From Longimicrobiales bacterium (GTDB taxonomy: Bacteria > Gemmatimonadota > Gemmatimonadetes > Longimicrobiales > Gaopeijiaceae): a stretch of 64,000 nt of DNA. The notes under the pieces were generated by a model. That model did not search any database and was not told the origin of the DNA. It saw only the letters and a list, made by a program, of their open reading frames with translations. Of this stretch, positions 48,848-59,385 are shown one piece after another (position 1 is the stretch's first letter; each line of letters opens with the position of its first letter). The stretch is taken from NCBI GenBank assembly GCA_965202805.1, contig OZ241869.1, positions 1,056,001-1,120,000 of the forward strand. Reading direction: 5' to 3'. The position numbers were made by a program, and so were the translations under genes.

Positions 48848-51151
48848 ATGGAGGACGCGGTGCAGGTTCAGGAACGCCACATGGGGTTGTTCGGGGCCAC
48901 CGTCCTGGGGGTGGGCGCTATCGTGGGCGGGGGGATCCTCGCGCTCGCGGGTACCGCCTTCTCGGTCGCCGGGCCGGGCGCCATCGTCGCCTTCGGCCTC
49001 AACGGCGGCATCGCCCTCCTGACCGCGGCCAGCTTCGCCCGCCTCGCCCGCCGCTTCCCCGAGTCCGGCGGCACCTACACCTACGCCAAGAACGTCTTCT
49101 CCATCGAGCTGGCCTTCGTGGTCGGCTGGGTGGTGTGGTTCGCCTCGATCGTGGCCGGGGTGCTCTACGCGCTCGGCTTCGCGGCGTTCTTCATGGAGGG
49201 GCTGTTGCGCGCCCTGCCGCAGCTGGCCGAGACCCGGGTGGGCAGCGACGCCGCGCGCCTGGCCGCGGCCGCGATCGCCATCGGCGCCTACATGCTGGCG
49301 CTCGTCCGCCGCGCGGCGGGGGGCGGCACCGCGGAGACCATCGGCAAGGTGGTGGTGTTCGCCGTGGTCATCGCCGGCGGGGCGTGGGCGTGGGCCACCG
49401 GGTCGCCGGGTGAACTCGCCGACCGGCTGAACCCGTTCCTCACCGAGGGGGCGGGCGGGGTGGTGCGGGCGATGGGCTACACCTTCATCGCGCTCCAGGG
49501 GTTCGACCTGATCGCCGCGGTGGGAGGGGAGGTGCGCGACCCGCAGCGGACCCTCCCGCGCGCCATGTACCTGTCGCTCGGCATCGCGCTCGCGCTCTAC
49601 CTGCCCATGCTCTTCCTGTTCGCCACGGTGGGGACACCGGCGGGGGCGGGCGGGGTGGCGGCGGTGGCGGCGGCCAACCCGGAAGGGCTGGTGGCGGCGG
49701 CCGTCGAGGAGTACATGGGGGTGGCGGGGTACTGGCTGGTCATCGGCGCGGGCATCCTGTCGATGCTCTCGGCGCTCCAGGCCAACCTCCTGGGCGCATC
49801 GCGGGTGGCTTTCGCGATGGCCCGCGACCGTACCCTGCCCCGCCGGCTGGCCCGCATGCGCGGGTCGAGCGGCACGCCCGCGACGGCGGTCGTGGTCACC
49901 GGCACGGTGGTGGCCGTGATCGCGCTCGCCGTCGGCGAAGTGCCCGCCGCCGGAGCCGCTTCGAGCCTCATCTTCCTCATCTCCTTCGCCATGGTGCACG
50001 TCGCGGCGGTGCTGGTGGAGTACCGCTCGGCGTCGGGGCGCATCCCCTTCCTGCCCATCGCGGGCGGGCTGTTCTGCGTATCGCTGGCGGCGTTCCAGAT
50101 CTTCGCCGTTCCCTTCGCCGGCAGCATCGTAATGACCTGGATCGCCATCGGCACCGCGCTCTACCTCATCCTGCTGGCCCCGGCCGCGCGTCTCACCGAC
50201 GTCTCCGCGGAGGCCACGCATCCCCACCTCACCCTGCTCCGGGGACGGAGCCCGCTGGTGCTCGCCCCCATCGCCAACCCGGCCAACGCCGCAAGCCTGG
50301 TGGACATCGCCGGCACCCTGCGCACACCGGGCTCGGGCCGCGTCCTGCTGCTCACGGTTCTCTCGCCCCCGGACACGGCGTCCGCGCCCGAATCCCGGGT
50401 CATCGACGCCCAGGCCGTGCTGGGCAAGTCCATGGTGCACAGCCTGGAGCATTCGCTGATCGCGGAAATCCTCTTCACCATCGCCCCCGACCCGTGGACC
50501 GAGATCGCGCGGGTCGCGGAGGAACACCGCTGCGAGACCGTGCTGCTGGGCCTTCCCAATCTCTCCGATCCGCTCGTCGAAGCCGCGCTGGAGCGGCGCA
50601 TCGCCGGGATCGGCTGCGACGTCGTGGTCGCGCGCACCCCGTCGGGCTGGGGCATGGATGAGGTCGAGAGGGTCCTGGTGCCCCTCGGAGGGCATCGAGG
50701 GCACAGCCGCCCGAGGGTTCGCCTGCTCGCCAGCCTGGCGCGCACGAAGGGACGAGCCATCACGTATCTCTCCACGATGCTTCCCTCGGCATCGAAGGAG
50801 GAACGCCGCCGATTCGAGCGCGAGATCCACAGAATGGTGCGCGACGAGGCCGCGGGACCGTACGAAGTGGTCGTGGAAACCGCCGCGTACCCGGAAGACA
50901 CCATCATCAAGCATGCCCGCACCTCCGACCTCATCGTCATGGGCATGCGCACCGAAGCCAACGGGCGGCGGAGCCTGCGCGGCATCCCGCACGCGGTCGC
51001 GGTGGGGTCCAGGACGCCCCTGATCCTGATCGGCAGCGCCCCGCCGTCCGCCCTGGTCCGCACCGGCAAGGATCTGCTGGCGCCTTCCCGCGGGGGAGAG
51101 CTTCGGTCGAACGGGTCGGACGGAGACGATCTGCAGGGTCCGGCGACATAG
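48848..51151 (+). CDS. APC family amino acid permease fused to two USP-like domains
   Basis: GAIVGGGI, PESGGTYTY, FIALQGFD, RVAFAMARD; C-terminal VLAPIANP and VLVPLGG...DLIVMG. Confidence 0.85.
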   Translation: MEDAVQVQERHMGLFGATVLGVGAIVGGGILALAGTAFSVAGPGAIVAFGLNGGIALLTAASFARLARRFPESGGTYTYAKNVFSIELAFVVGWVVWFASIVAGVLYALGFAAFFMEGLLRALPQLAETRVGSDAARLAAAAIAIGAYMLALVRRAAGGGTAETIGKVVVFAVVIAGGAWAWATGSPGELADRLNPFLTEGAGGVVRAMGYTFIALQGFDLIAAVGGEVRDPQRTLPRAMYLSLGIALALYLPMLFLFATVGTPAGAGGVAAVAAANPEGLVAAAVEEYMGVAGYWLVIGAGILSMLSALQANLLGASRVAFAMARDRTLPRRLARMRGSSGTPATAVVVTGTVVAVIALAVGEVPAAGAASSLIFLISFAMVHVAAVLVEYRSASGRIPFLPIAGGLFCVSLAAFQIFAVPFAGSIVMTWIAIGTALYLILLAPAARLTDVSAEATHPHLTLLRGRSPLVLAPIANPANAASLVDIAGTLRTPGSGRVLLLTVLSPPDTASAPESRVIDAQAVLGKSMVHSLEHSLIAEILFTIAPDPWTEIARVAEEHRCETVLLGLPNLSDPLVEAALERRIAGIGCDVVVARTPSGWGMDEVERVLVPLGGHRGHSRPRVRLLASLARTKGRAITYLSTMLPSASKEERRRFEREIHRMVRDEAAGPYEVVVETAAYPEDTIIKHARTSDLIVMGMRTEANGRRSLRGIPHAVAVGSRTPLILIGSAPPSALVRTGKDLLAPSRGGELRSNGSDGDDLQGPAT

Positions 51152-51166
51152 GGGGCCGACACACGG

Positions 51167-52205
51167 GTGCCGCTTCATCCATCCAGCCGAATGGGCAGGA
51201 ACGCCTCATTGCCAAACGACGGCGACGCGGGACCCGGACCCCGATGCTCGCCTGTGCCCGCAATCCGTATCAGGCGTTGCAACGACGCCCCCGCAGCGGC
51301 CGGACGCTCATTCATCCTCTACTGGATGATCAGCGCGCGAAGGACACGCTGGAACTTCGGGCTCCAGCGGGCTGTGGAACTGAGCCTCGAACACGGACTC
51401 CCGCTCGTCGTGCTGGAGCCGCTGCGCGCCGGATACCGATGGGCTTCGGATCGCTTCCATCGATTCATCATTGACGGGATGATCGACAATGCACTGCGGT
51501 TCGAAGAGCGCGGCGTCGCCTACCACCCCTACGTCGAGCCGCGGGATGGCGCCGGGAAGGGACTCGTCGAAGCCCTCGCGGAGCACGCGGCGGTCGTCGT
51601 CACCGACGACTTCCCCGCCTTCTTCCTCCCCCGGATGGTGCGAGCGGCCGCGCAACGTTTTTTGTTGCGCGTCGAGGCGATAGACAGTAATGGCCTGCTT
51701 CCTCTGCATGCCACGGATGGGCCCTTCGCAACAGCCTACGCGTTTCGACGCTTCCTGCAGCGAGAGCTTCCTGCCCATCTGGAAGCGTCTCCGGACCCCG
51801 ATCCGCTGCGCCTCCTGCCGATGGAAGGCGCGCACCCACGACCCTCTCTGGAACGCGGCTCAGAACCAGCTCCGGACCGAAGGCCGCATCCACAACTATC
51901 TGCGCATGATCTGGGGCAAGAAGATCCTGGAGTGGAGCGAGAACCCGCGCGAGGCGCTCCGCATCATGATCGAGCTCAACAACAAGTACGCGCTCGACGG
52001 ACGCAACCCCAATTCCTTTACCGGCATCCTCTGGATCCTGGGCCTCCACGACCGCGCCTGGGGCCCCGAGCGCCCCGTGTTCGGCAAGATCCGCTACATG
52101 AGCTCCGCCAACACGGCGAGGAAGTACCGTGTGCGCGGGTACATCGAGAAGTACGCGAAGCTGCAGGGAGCATCCGCGAAGTCCGCGCAGCCCGCGGGAG
52201 CGTAA
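51167..52205 (+). pseudogene. phr: Deoxyribodipyrimidine photolyase (class II-like) with an internal deletion and frameshift near 51820
   Basis: One frame gives YWMISARRTRWNFGL...VVTDDFP...IDSNGLLP. Another gives [10 protein letters not shown]...[16 protein letters not shown]...ALDGRNPNS...GKIRYM. The middle region is missing. Confidence 0.85.
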
Positions 52206-52214
52206 CGCAACAGA

Positions 52215-53114
52215 TTATGTTGCGCGCCCCCCTTCACCCCCCATCCCCTCCAGCGCCCGCATGATCGCGCGATAGCGCCGGTCCACGCTCCTGAACCCGA
52301 GATTCGCCAGGTAGATGTTGCGCGCCCCCGCTTCCCGCAGCGCCCGGATGCTGCGCGCGCAGATCTCCTCGGCGGTCGCCCCGGCTGCGAACTCGCGCGT
52401 GATCTCCTCGGCCGGAATCGGGAGAAACCGGCTGAGTCGGCTGAGGGTCCGCGGATTGGCGCTGCGGTAGAAGAAGACGCCGAAAAGGGCGGGGATGCCG
52501 ACGCCCCGGCGGTCCAGCTCCTCCAGAAACCGCTCCACGAGGGGCAGCGAGTGGTGCGACACGATCTGGGTCAGGAAGAAGTCGGCCTCGAAGTCGCCGC
52601 GCGCGATGTAGTTCACCTGGACGGCCGGGTCCGCGTGCGGATTCGCCCATCCCCCCAGCGTGAGCGACGGGAACTCGCAGCGGATGAGGTCGCGCAGCTG
52701 GTAGCCGTGCTCGACGCAGCGCGGCGGCGGTCCAGCTGTGTCGCCGCCCACCACCGCGAGTGCCTCGCAGCCGCCCGAGACCGCGCGCCGGGCGAACATC
52801 ATGCAGTAGTCCAGCGTGTGCTTGGCGGTCAGGAAGGGGATGATGCGCGACGCCGGCACCCCGCGCGCCAGGTTGGCGGCGACATGGCCGAGGCTCTCCT
52901 CCTCGGCGGCATCGACCGCGTTGTCGGTGAGGAAGATGTAGCGGTCGTCGCGGGCCAGGCGCTCCAGCGTGTGGTACATGTCGATCCAGGCGTCCATCCC
53001 CGCGGCGTAGGAGAGCCCGCTGCGGGGCGGTCGCAGCTCGACGGTGATGGTCGGTTCCGGGGCGCGCAGGCGGGCCAGCAACCCGCTCTCGCGCACTTCC
53101 CGTCCGGCCTCCAC
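52215..53114 (-). CDS. Methylenetetrahydrofolate reductase-like (MetF-like) protein; start at 53114 or 53096
   Basis: TVELRPP, FLTDN, VVGGD, GGWANPH, FFLTQ, LFGVF. Confidence 0.65.
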   Translation of the reverse strand: MEAGREVRESGLLARLRAPEPTITVELRPPRSGLSYAAGMDAWIDMYHTLERLARDDRYIFLTDNAVDAAEEESLGHVAANLARGVPASRIIPFLTAKHTLDYCMMFARRAVSGGCEALAVVGGDTAGPPPRCVEHGYQLRDLIRCEFPSLTLGGWANPHADPAVQVNYIARGDFEADFFLTQIVSHHSLPLVERFLEELDRRGVGIPALFGVFFYRSANPRTLSRLSRFLPIPAEEITREFAAGATAEEICARSIRALREAGARNIYLANLGFRSVDRRYRAIMRALEGMGGEGGRAT

Positions 53115-53226
53115 TAACCCTGCCGTTACGGCGGAATCGGTTGGGGTTTTATTTTGTTTGTTCACTTGAGCTTATGGGATTGACGGGTCCGTTTCCCGCT
53201 ACTTGACTCCCGCCGAGTCGAGAACT

Positions 53227-54390
53227 TCAGCTGCGAGCTCTGCGGCGGGCTTCCAGAGCCTTCCGAAGCTGTCCCTCGTCGGCTCGCTGATAGCACTGAA
53301 GGACCGTCTTGGCGGTCTTCCAGCCGCCCAACTCGCAGAGTACCTTCAGCGGCTGGTCCATCAGGTCGCTGGCAAACTTGCGCCTCAGCGAGTGCCAGCC
53401 CCGTCCGGGCTTCGGTTCCAGCCCCGCAAGCGTCTGAGCCTTGTACCACCACGCGCGCACCAGAGACGGGCCCGCGCACCTCGAAGCATCCATCGGCGCG
53501 GGGAGCACCGGAGTGTCCTCATGTCCCGAACCCCTCTCGCGCGCTTCCTCCAAGGCGGCGAGGGCCTCGGCGGTGACCGGCGTGCAGTGCTCGTATCCGG
53601 TCTTCTCGTGCTCCGCTCTCCACCGGATGACTCCGCCTTCAAGGTCGATGTCCGTCCACCGCAGGTGACGGATGGCTCCGATCCGGTGTCCGGTTTCGTG
53701 CGCGAGCACGAGCGCAACATGGAACCGCCAATCGACCCGTCGAGACACCCCGAGCAGCGCTTGGTACTCCGCCTCGGACAGCACCACCCGCGTGGGGTTC
53801 TTCTCCGTGGGCTTCCTGAGGCCCTTCAGCGGATTCCGGTCCAGCAGCAGTTCGCCCCGCTCGTCCTTGGACTTGGAAGCCCAGTTGAGCACGGCGATCA
53901 GGAACTTCAGGTCGTGTTCGATGGTCCGGTCGGTCACCGGCCTGCCGCTTGCGCCGACCCTGCCCGCGCGCCGCGCCCGTATGAATCGGTCCCAGTCGCG
54001 CCGCGATAGCGTCGCGGGACTACGGCCCGGCCCGAAGAACTGGAGGAACATCCTCGTCGCGGCCCGGTCGGACCGCTGAGAGGACTCCGCCTTCGTGGGC
54101 GTCACCTCCTCACCGTACATTTCAAAAAGCGCTTCCAGCGTGAGCGGCTCGAGCTCGGCTTCCGCGTTGCCGTTCAGGTCCGGGCTTGCGAACCCGGCGG
54201 CGAATTCATCCGCCTCCCGCTTCGCTCTCACCCACTCGCGGTGTCCAAGCGATCGGGTGAGCCTCCGCCCGTTCTCGCGCCACTCCACCTGGAACAGGCC
54301 GGTCTTCGGGTCAGGGAAGACCCGGACCCGATTCCGGCCCCATTCTCCGGCGCCGTAGGAGCGCCGGCTTCGTTTCGTGCGTGCCATCAT
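53227..54390 (-). CDS. Tyrosine recombinase/integrase, apparently intact
   Basis: Catalytic set R (GHRIGAI), K (EKTG), HxxR (WHSLRR), W (GGWK), Y (QCYQ). GAGGA SD. Confidence 0.92.
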   Translation of the reverse strand: MMARTKRSRRSYGAGEWGRNRVRVFPDPKTGLFQVEWRENGRRLTRSLGHREWVRAKREADEFAAGFASPDLNGNAEAELEPLTLEALFEMYGEEVTPTKAESSQRSDRAATRMFLQFFGPGRSPATLSRRDWDRFIRARRAGRVGASGRPVTDRTIEHDLKFLIAVLNWASKSKDERGELLLDRNPLKGLRKPTEKNPTRVVLSEAEYQALLGVSRRVDWRFHVALVLAHETGHRIGAIRHLRWTDIDLEGGVIRWRAEHEKTGYEHCTPVTAEALAALEEARERGSGHEDTPVLPAPMDASRCAGPSLVRAWWYKAQTLAGLEPKPGRGWHSLRRKFASDLMDQPLKVLCELGGWKTAKTVLQCYQRADEGQLRKALEARRRARS

Positions 54391-54603
54391 TCGATTCCTC
54401 ATCGTGATGGACCGCACGATCTGCGCGAGGGAAAGGTCGCGCGGGCGGGGGGGTTCCGCCAGTCGCGGCCGGACCGACGCGTCGGCCCTCCGGGCGAGGT
54501 GCGCACGCGCGCCGAGGGCGCGATATTGGCTTGTGGGGTAGCCGCCGTCGCTGGCTTGACGCGGTTCGCGTTACTGGTCCCCGCGATTGCGGGGTTTCGG
54601 AGG

Positions 54604-54720
54604 AGCCAGATGTGTTTTCGTTTCACGAAAACCGCTGGCCGGGGGATGCCCCCGGACCCCCGAACGACACTTCCGCGCGCCACCAAAGGAGGCCGCCCGA
54701 CATGGCCCGTCCCCGGAAGT
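54604..54720 (+). other. oriT-like hairpin module followed by an SD and a MobC-like start (MARPRK)
   Basis: gttttcgt-ttc-acgaaaac and ccggggg-atg-cccccgg hairpins; aaaggagg then ATG 54702. Confidence 0.4.
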
Positions 54721-55931
54721 GGGTCCGGGAGCCGGACGGGCGCGGCGATGCCGAGCAGCCCGGCGGCCAGCCGGTCGGCGAACGGGTCCTCCGCCGCCTC
54801 GAAGCGGCGCTCGATACCCTTCCCGGAGGGATCGCTGGTGCGGGAGCGACCCCTGGAAGGCAGGCGGCGAGTTGTGAAAACACACTCGGCGCTGTGCCGC
54901 ACCAAGCCCTCTGGGCGGGGGGTCGCTCCCGCCACGGCACCTGTCGCCGGTGCGCCACCGCGCACCCGGCGGTGGTGCCGCCAAGACGTTGCCGCGCCTG
55001 CGGATAAGCAGTAATGCCGGTGTGAATCGCCGGAGGGTCAAAGTGTGAATCGTACCCCTGCGTCGTTTTCACACCCCGGTGCGGCTCGGGAGGGAGCGCC
55101 GGGGCCTTGGCGAGCCGCGCGTCGCTCCGCTTTCCGACCGGGCCGGGGATCCGGCCTTGCGACGAGGCCGCCGTCAGCCTCTACGCCGTCCGTCGCGATG
55201 CGGTTCGGACTGGCCACAGCGCCGCAGGACTTGCTGATGTCGCCGCACAGGTCGGGAAGGCCAACCCGGTCGCCGTGCATCGGGTTGGCGGCTAGGTCGG
55301 GGAGACCCCCGGACCTTGCCTCCGGGCCGTCCCTCGGCTGGTACAGCGGCATTTCGGGTAACCTACGGGCCGCAGGATCGCCTAGGATCGACGACCGCCG
55401 GTCCCCGAGGGACGGGTAGGCTGAAAAGCGGAGCGCGCGGCAGGGAGTCGTCACCAACGAGTGACGGGCCGCCGGTCGCTCCTCGCGGTCCTTGAGGCTG
55501 GCGACCAACAGCCCTGGCCTTCCCCGTGACCCGGTCATGCAAATCACGCGGGAATCTGCATGATTGGTAGAGACAAGCCAGCCCACGCAACGTTTAACGT
55601 CGCGGTCTGGCCAAGGGGGCGCTGCGCCCCCCTCGAACCCCCAGCATTCTGCGCCGCCGCCAAAGGCCGCGGACGGGTTGGCGAACACCGTTCCCGCAGC
55701 GCCATCGCCGGTACGCTCATGTACGGAGCGAAAGGCCGCGTTCGCCGTCCGCGCCGACGGCTGATGGGCTGGCAGAGGCAGGGGGGGCGAGTTCTCAACC
55801 CCTTGAGACGGGGACGGGACGAGGCCTACGTTGATGAGGACGGTGCAAGCGGTGGCACGGAGGTTTCCAAGCCGACCTGAAACGTAGCGTCGCGCCCGGT
55901 CCACCGAGTACCAGTGCGAAGGAACTACAGA

Positions 55932-57266
55932 ATGAGAAGAGAGCGATTGCCCCGGCCCCGGCGGCTCGTGCATACGACCGGTGCTGCGTGGGTTTTCGGT
56001 GTACTGCTGCCCCTTGCAGCCTGCGGAGACAGCGGGGAATCCCTGTCCACACAAGCCCAAGTCGCCGACTCGGCGGGCATCGCAATCGTCACCAATCCGC
56101 CCAGCGACGCCGTCTACGCCACCGTCGCCCCGGAACCGATCCTCTCAATCGGTGCCGTCGAAGGCCCCGACGAGGAACTCTTCGGGCGCATCGCCTCCGC
56201 CACGCGCGACAGCGCGGGCAACTTCATCGTGGCCGACGGGCAGTCCGGCGATATCCGCATCTTCGACTCGGGCGGCACCTACCTCCGCACCCTCGGCAAC
56301 TCCGGTGAGGGGCCGGGCGAGTTCCGGGCGCTCGCGGGCGCATGGCCCACGGCGGAGGGCGTCATCGTCGCGGTGGACAGGCGGCTTGACCGCATCACAC
56401 AATTCGGCCCGCAGGGCGAACTGCTGGCCACGGCGACCCTCAGGGGGCCCGGCGAGCAGCCCCTGATCACCCCGATCCGCCTTGCGGGTTCCGACGCCCT
56501 GCTTAGCCGGGTGCAATCGTTGAACGTCCCCACGGTGGTGGGGCAGGGCACGTTCAGCTTGGAGGACGCCCTCGAAGGGTTATCGAACCCTCTCGGCAAC
56601 AGACCCGAGTACTTGGTCCGGCACGACTTGGCGGGGACCTTGATCGACACCGTGGCGACAGTTCCCGGTCAGGCCACCGAGATTTCCACCCAAGATCGCG
56701 GAGCCAACATGTCGATCATGATGATTCAGGTTCCATTCTCGGCCGCACCCGTCGCCGCCGCATCCCCGACAGGGCGCGTTGCCGTAACCACCGGCCGGTC
56801 GTACGAGTTCTCCCTCCACAATCCCGGCGGAACCCTGGAGCGCATCGTGCGCCTTGCCAAAGAGCCGCCCGTCCGCACCGACGCGCACGTCGAAGCCTGG
56901 GTGCGCGGGGGCTCGGCATCCGGCCGCGAGTCCCCCGACGACGCGCAGGTCGAAGCCACCATTCGCCGCTATGAAGAAATGCCCATGCCCGAACGGCTCC
57001 CCGCTTGGAACTCGCTGCTCATCGCCGACAGCGGCCAGATCTGGGCGCGGCGCTTTGCGATTCGGGGTGGCGAGACGGTTCCCCGAGACGTGTTCGGCGC
57101 GGATGGCAACTATCTGGGCCAGGTCGAGGTCCCCGCCAACCTTCGCATTCAGCATATTGCCGAGGGGAGGCTGACCGTCGTATCCACCGACGATCTGGGC
57201 GTCGAGCGCGTCGAGGTGTACGAACTGCAACTGATGACTTCGGCGCGCGGTGCCGGAGGGCCTTGA
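55932..57266 (+). CDS. Six-bladed beta-propeller (NHL-like) lipoprotein; island cargo
   Basis: LAAC lipobox; DSAGIAIV, IVADG, GNSGEGPGEF, DVFGADGNYLG, DDLGVERV. Confidence 0.8.
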   Translation: MRRERLPRPRRLVHTTGAAWVFGVLLPLAACGDSGESLSTQAQVADSAGIAIVTNPPSDAVYATVAPEPILSIGAVEGPDEELFGRIASATRDSAGNFIVADGQSGDIRIFDSGGTYLRTLGNSGEGPGEFRALAGAWPTAEGVIVAVDRRLDRITQFGPQGELLATATLRGPGEQPLITPIRLAGSDALLSRVQSLNVPTVVGQGTFSLEDALEGLSNPLGNRPEYLVRHDLAGTLIDTVATVPGQATEISTQDRGANMSIMMIQVPFSAAPVAAASPTGRVAVTTGRSYEFSLHNPGGTLERIVRLAKEPPVRTDAHVEAWVRGGSASGRESPDDAQVEATIRRYEEMPMPERLPAWNSLLIADSGQIWARRFAIRGGETVPRDVFGADGNYLGQVEVPANLRIQHIAEGRLTVVSTDDLGVERVEVYELQLMTSARGAGGP

Positions 57267-57609
57267 AACGGAGCATCGGCCTTGCCCAAGATCAACAGGC
57301 CGGGCCGAACATCAGTGGAACGCCTTGGATCTTATCGGACCATTCGTTACAGGTCATAAATCCTTAACCAGTAACGGTTTCTGTAGCATCCGCCATCCCA
57401 CGGGCGGCGGCACTCTGCCGCGTCGCCGGCTTTCGGCCTACCTCTAAACCCTCGGGGATCTGCGATCGTCGATTCTGGGCGATCCCGGCTGTCGGCGGGC
57501 CTGTCTTGACCACCCGGAAGCGGGCCCCCGTGCTGCACCGCAGTGTACATGTCACATCGGGGTGCTTATGCACGGAAACCGCGTTCCGGTGTGCACGCCT
57601 CCGGTTCCG

Positions 57610-58125
57610 TATGTCGCTGGCGCGCTTGCGCGCATGGCAGCGACGGGCAACCGGTGCGGAACGGGTTTGCCGCCGCCTTCGCGCGGGGCTCGCCGAGCTG
57701 GCCGATTGGACCGCCGCCAAGTGCGGAGGATCAGCCCCAGACATTCCGGCGGCGATCGAGGTTCCACATGAGCCGTATCCGCAAAACCTCGAAGCGGTTG
57801 GAAGTGTCGCTGTTGCCTGGTTCCTCGACCAACTCTTCGACATCCTCCGCGCCCCGGCCATCGCCGTCGCACCCGGAACCGCCGAAGCCGCAGTGGCTCA
57901 CATTAGGAGCGCCTCCGAACGCCTCTGTCCCGTCCACCGCCAACTCGCCGATGCCAAGCGGGAGATCGCCCGCCTGATCGACATCCTGGCCGACAGCGAG
58001 GACTCCGGCTCAGGCCAACCCGGGCCGTCGCACGACGTGACGGTCCTCTCCTTCCTGCCCCGAGTCGGCCAGACCGTCCTCGCCCACGCTGCTCGCCGAG
58101 CCCGAAGCGCTGGCCGCGCTGGAAA
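57610..58125 (+). pseudogene. IS110-family transposase remnant with several internal deletions
   Basis: GLAELADW...AIEVPH, AVAPGTAEAAVAHIR and DVTVLSFLPRVGQTVLA resemble separated parts of IS110 transposases; frameshift into TLLAE. Confidence 0.65.
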
Positions 58126-58579
58126 GCTCGATGTCTGAGGTGACCCGCGCTTCGAGAGCCGCGTGTCCATCTCCAACGGCCACGTCCACAACCTCCGGAA
58201 GACTCGGGCCTACCGCACCGGCCGCCGCTGCCATGCGCGCACGCGCGCCTCCTGGGTCACCATAGCCAACCGGCGCAAGCCACGGCTGGGCCTGCGATCA
58301 TCGCACGAACGCGTTCCTGCTGCACGCTCGGTTTCTCGCCTCCCACTGCGCCCTTTGCTTGGAGCACTCCCGACACTCCCCGCCACCCTTGGTGTACGTC
58401 CTTTCCGGGCGTTCTTGGAGGGTCTCTGGCTCCGGCTTGGAGGAGGAACACGGCACGAGCCCTCGGGTATGTCCCGTGCGCCGCAGTTGTACTTTTCGGC
58501 GTTTTTTTTTGCGAGGGAACCGGCTGGGGACATCTCGAGTCTTCCCTCGCTTGCCTTTCTACCCACTACCTGAAGGGGG

Positions 58580-59011
58580 ATGATAACGATGAGGACATTC
58601 GTAACATTCTTGGGCAGCGGCTTGTTGATCGCCGGTGCCATGATCGCGTGTGAGGATGCAACTACGCCAGCCGACCCGGTTGACGAAGCCATCCTTCCCG
58701 GCCTTTTCCAGGCGATGGATCGGATTGCCCACGATGCCGATCTCGTAGTCGTCGCTAGAAAGGGGAGGACGTCCGCTTTGCGCGAAGGACCAACCTTTTC
58801 GCTTGGATCTGGCTATGTCGGCGAAGTGCATCGCCCAGACTTCGTGGAGGCTTGGGGGATGGTTGCGGCCGACGGCGACGATCCCGACTGTGAAGGCAGC
58901 GGGATCGGGTTTGCAAGGTGTGTCAAAAGGCACCTTGACGACGGTGAGGAATGCACCCTGCACAAAGAGATACCTACCACGCCCACTGTGAAGTGCCTGA
59001 AGACCCAATAG
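58580..59011 (+). CDS. Hypothetical Cys-containing lipoprotein with lower GC; island cargo
   Basis: Hydrophobic signal ending MIAC; four further Cys near the C-terminus; purine-rich SD. Confidence 0.55.
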   Translation: MITMRTFVTFLGSGLLIAGAMIACEDATTPADPVDEAILPGLFQAMDRIAHDADLVVVARKGRTSALREGPTFSLGSGYVGEVHRPDFVEAWGMVAADGDDPDCEGSGIGFARCVKRHLDDGEECTLHKEIPTTPTVKCLKTQ

Positions 59012-59289
59012 GGTGAAGAACGGCATCTTAGCCTAGTCGGGTTAGCAGTCCCACGGGGGGAGGCGGCTTCGGTCGTCTCCCCCTTAGGCTGAGGGGATGG
59101 TGGCTGCGTCGTCGTCGGACCTTGACCAACTACCCGACCGCGGTAGGTCCTCTCAAGCGGACGGCTAACGGCCGAGCGCAACTCAAGTCTAGAGAATTCC
59201 GGGCCGAACCTGCTCCCGATCACGCCCGCCGCCTCGCCGTGATCGAGACCACGAGCCCCGCGAAGGCCTTACCCGTTCCCCGGCCTGGG

Positions 59290-59385
59290 GAGCTTCTCAG
59301 CCCGGGCAAAAAGGGCTGTCCCGTCGTCGCCAAGCGACTCCGCCAGCGATTCGGTGCGGTCATGAGGTGGGCGATGGCCAAGGCT
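59290..59385 (+). pseudogene. Fragment resembling the core-binding region of a P4-like integrase
   Basis: PVVAKRLRQRFGAVMRWAMAK resembles the PETARRVRQRIGAVMKWAIA-type segment. Confidence 0.4.

Noticed and set aside
52200..52226. dif-like site containing ttatgtt
   Set aside because: There is no XerC-like arm. It is better explained as a small hairpin (cgcaaca-gatta-tgttgcg) between convergent stops.
53090..53118. tRNA/tmRNA 3'-end-like sequence (cccgtccggcctccact) beside the integrase
   Set aside because: No T-loop GTTCGA or cloverleaf is visible. It is the antisense of the metF-like start region.
55010..55560. ORFs in the island interior
   Set aside because: No recognisable motifs or convincing starts in any frame; probably decayed or non-coding sequence.
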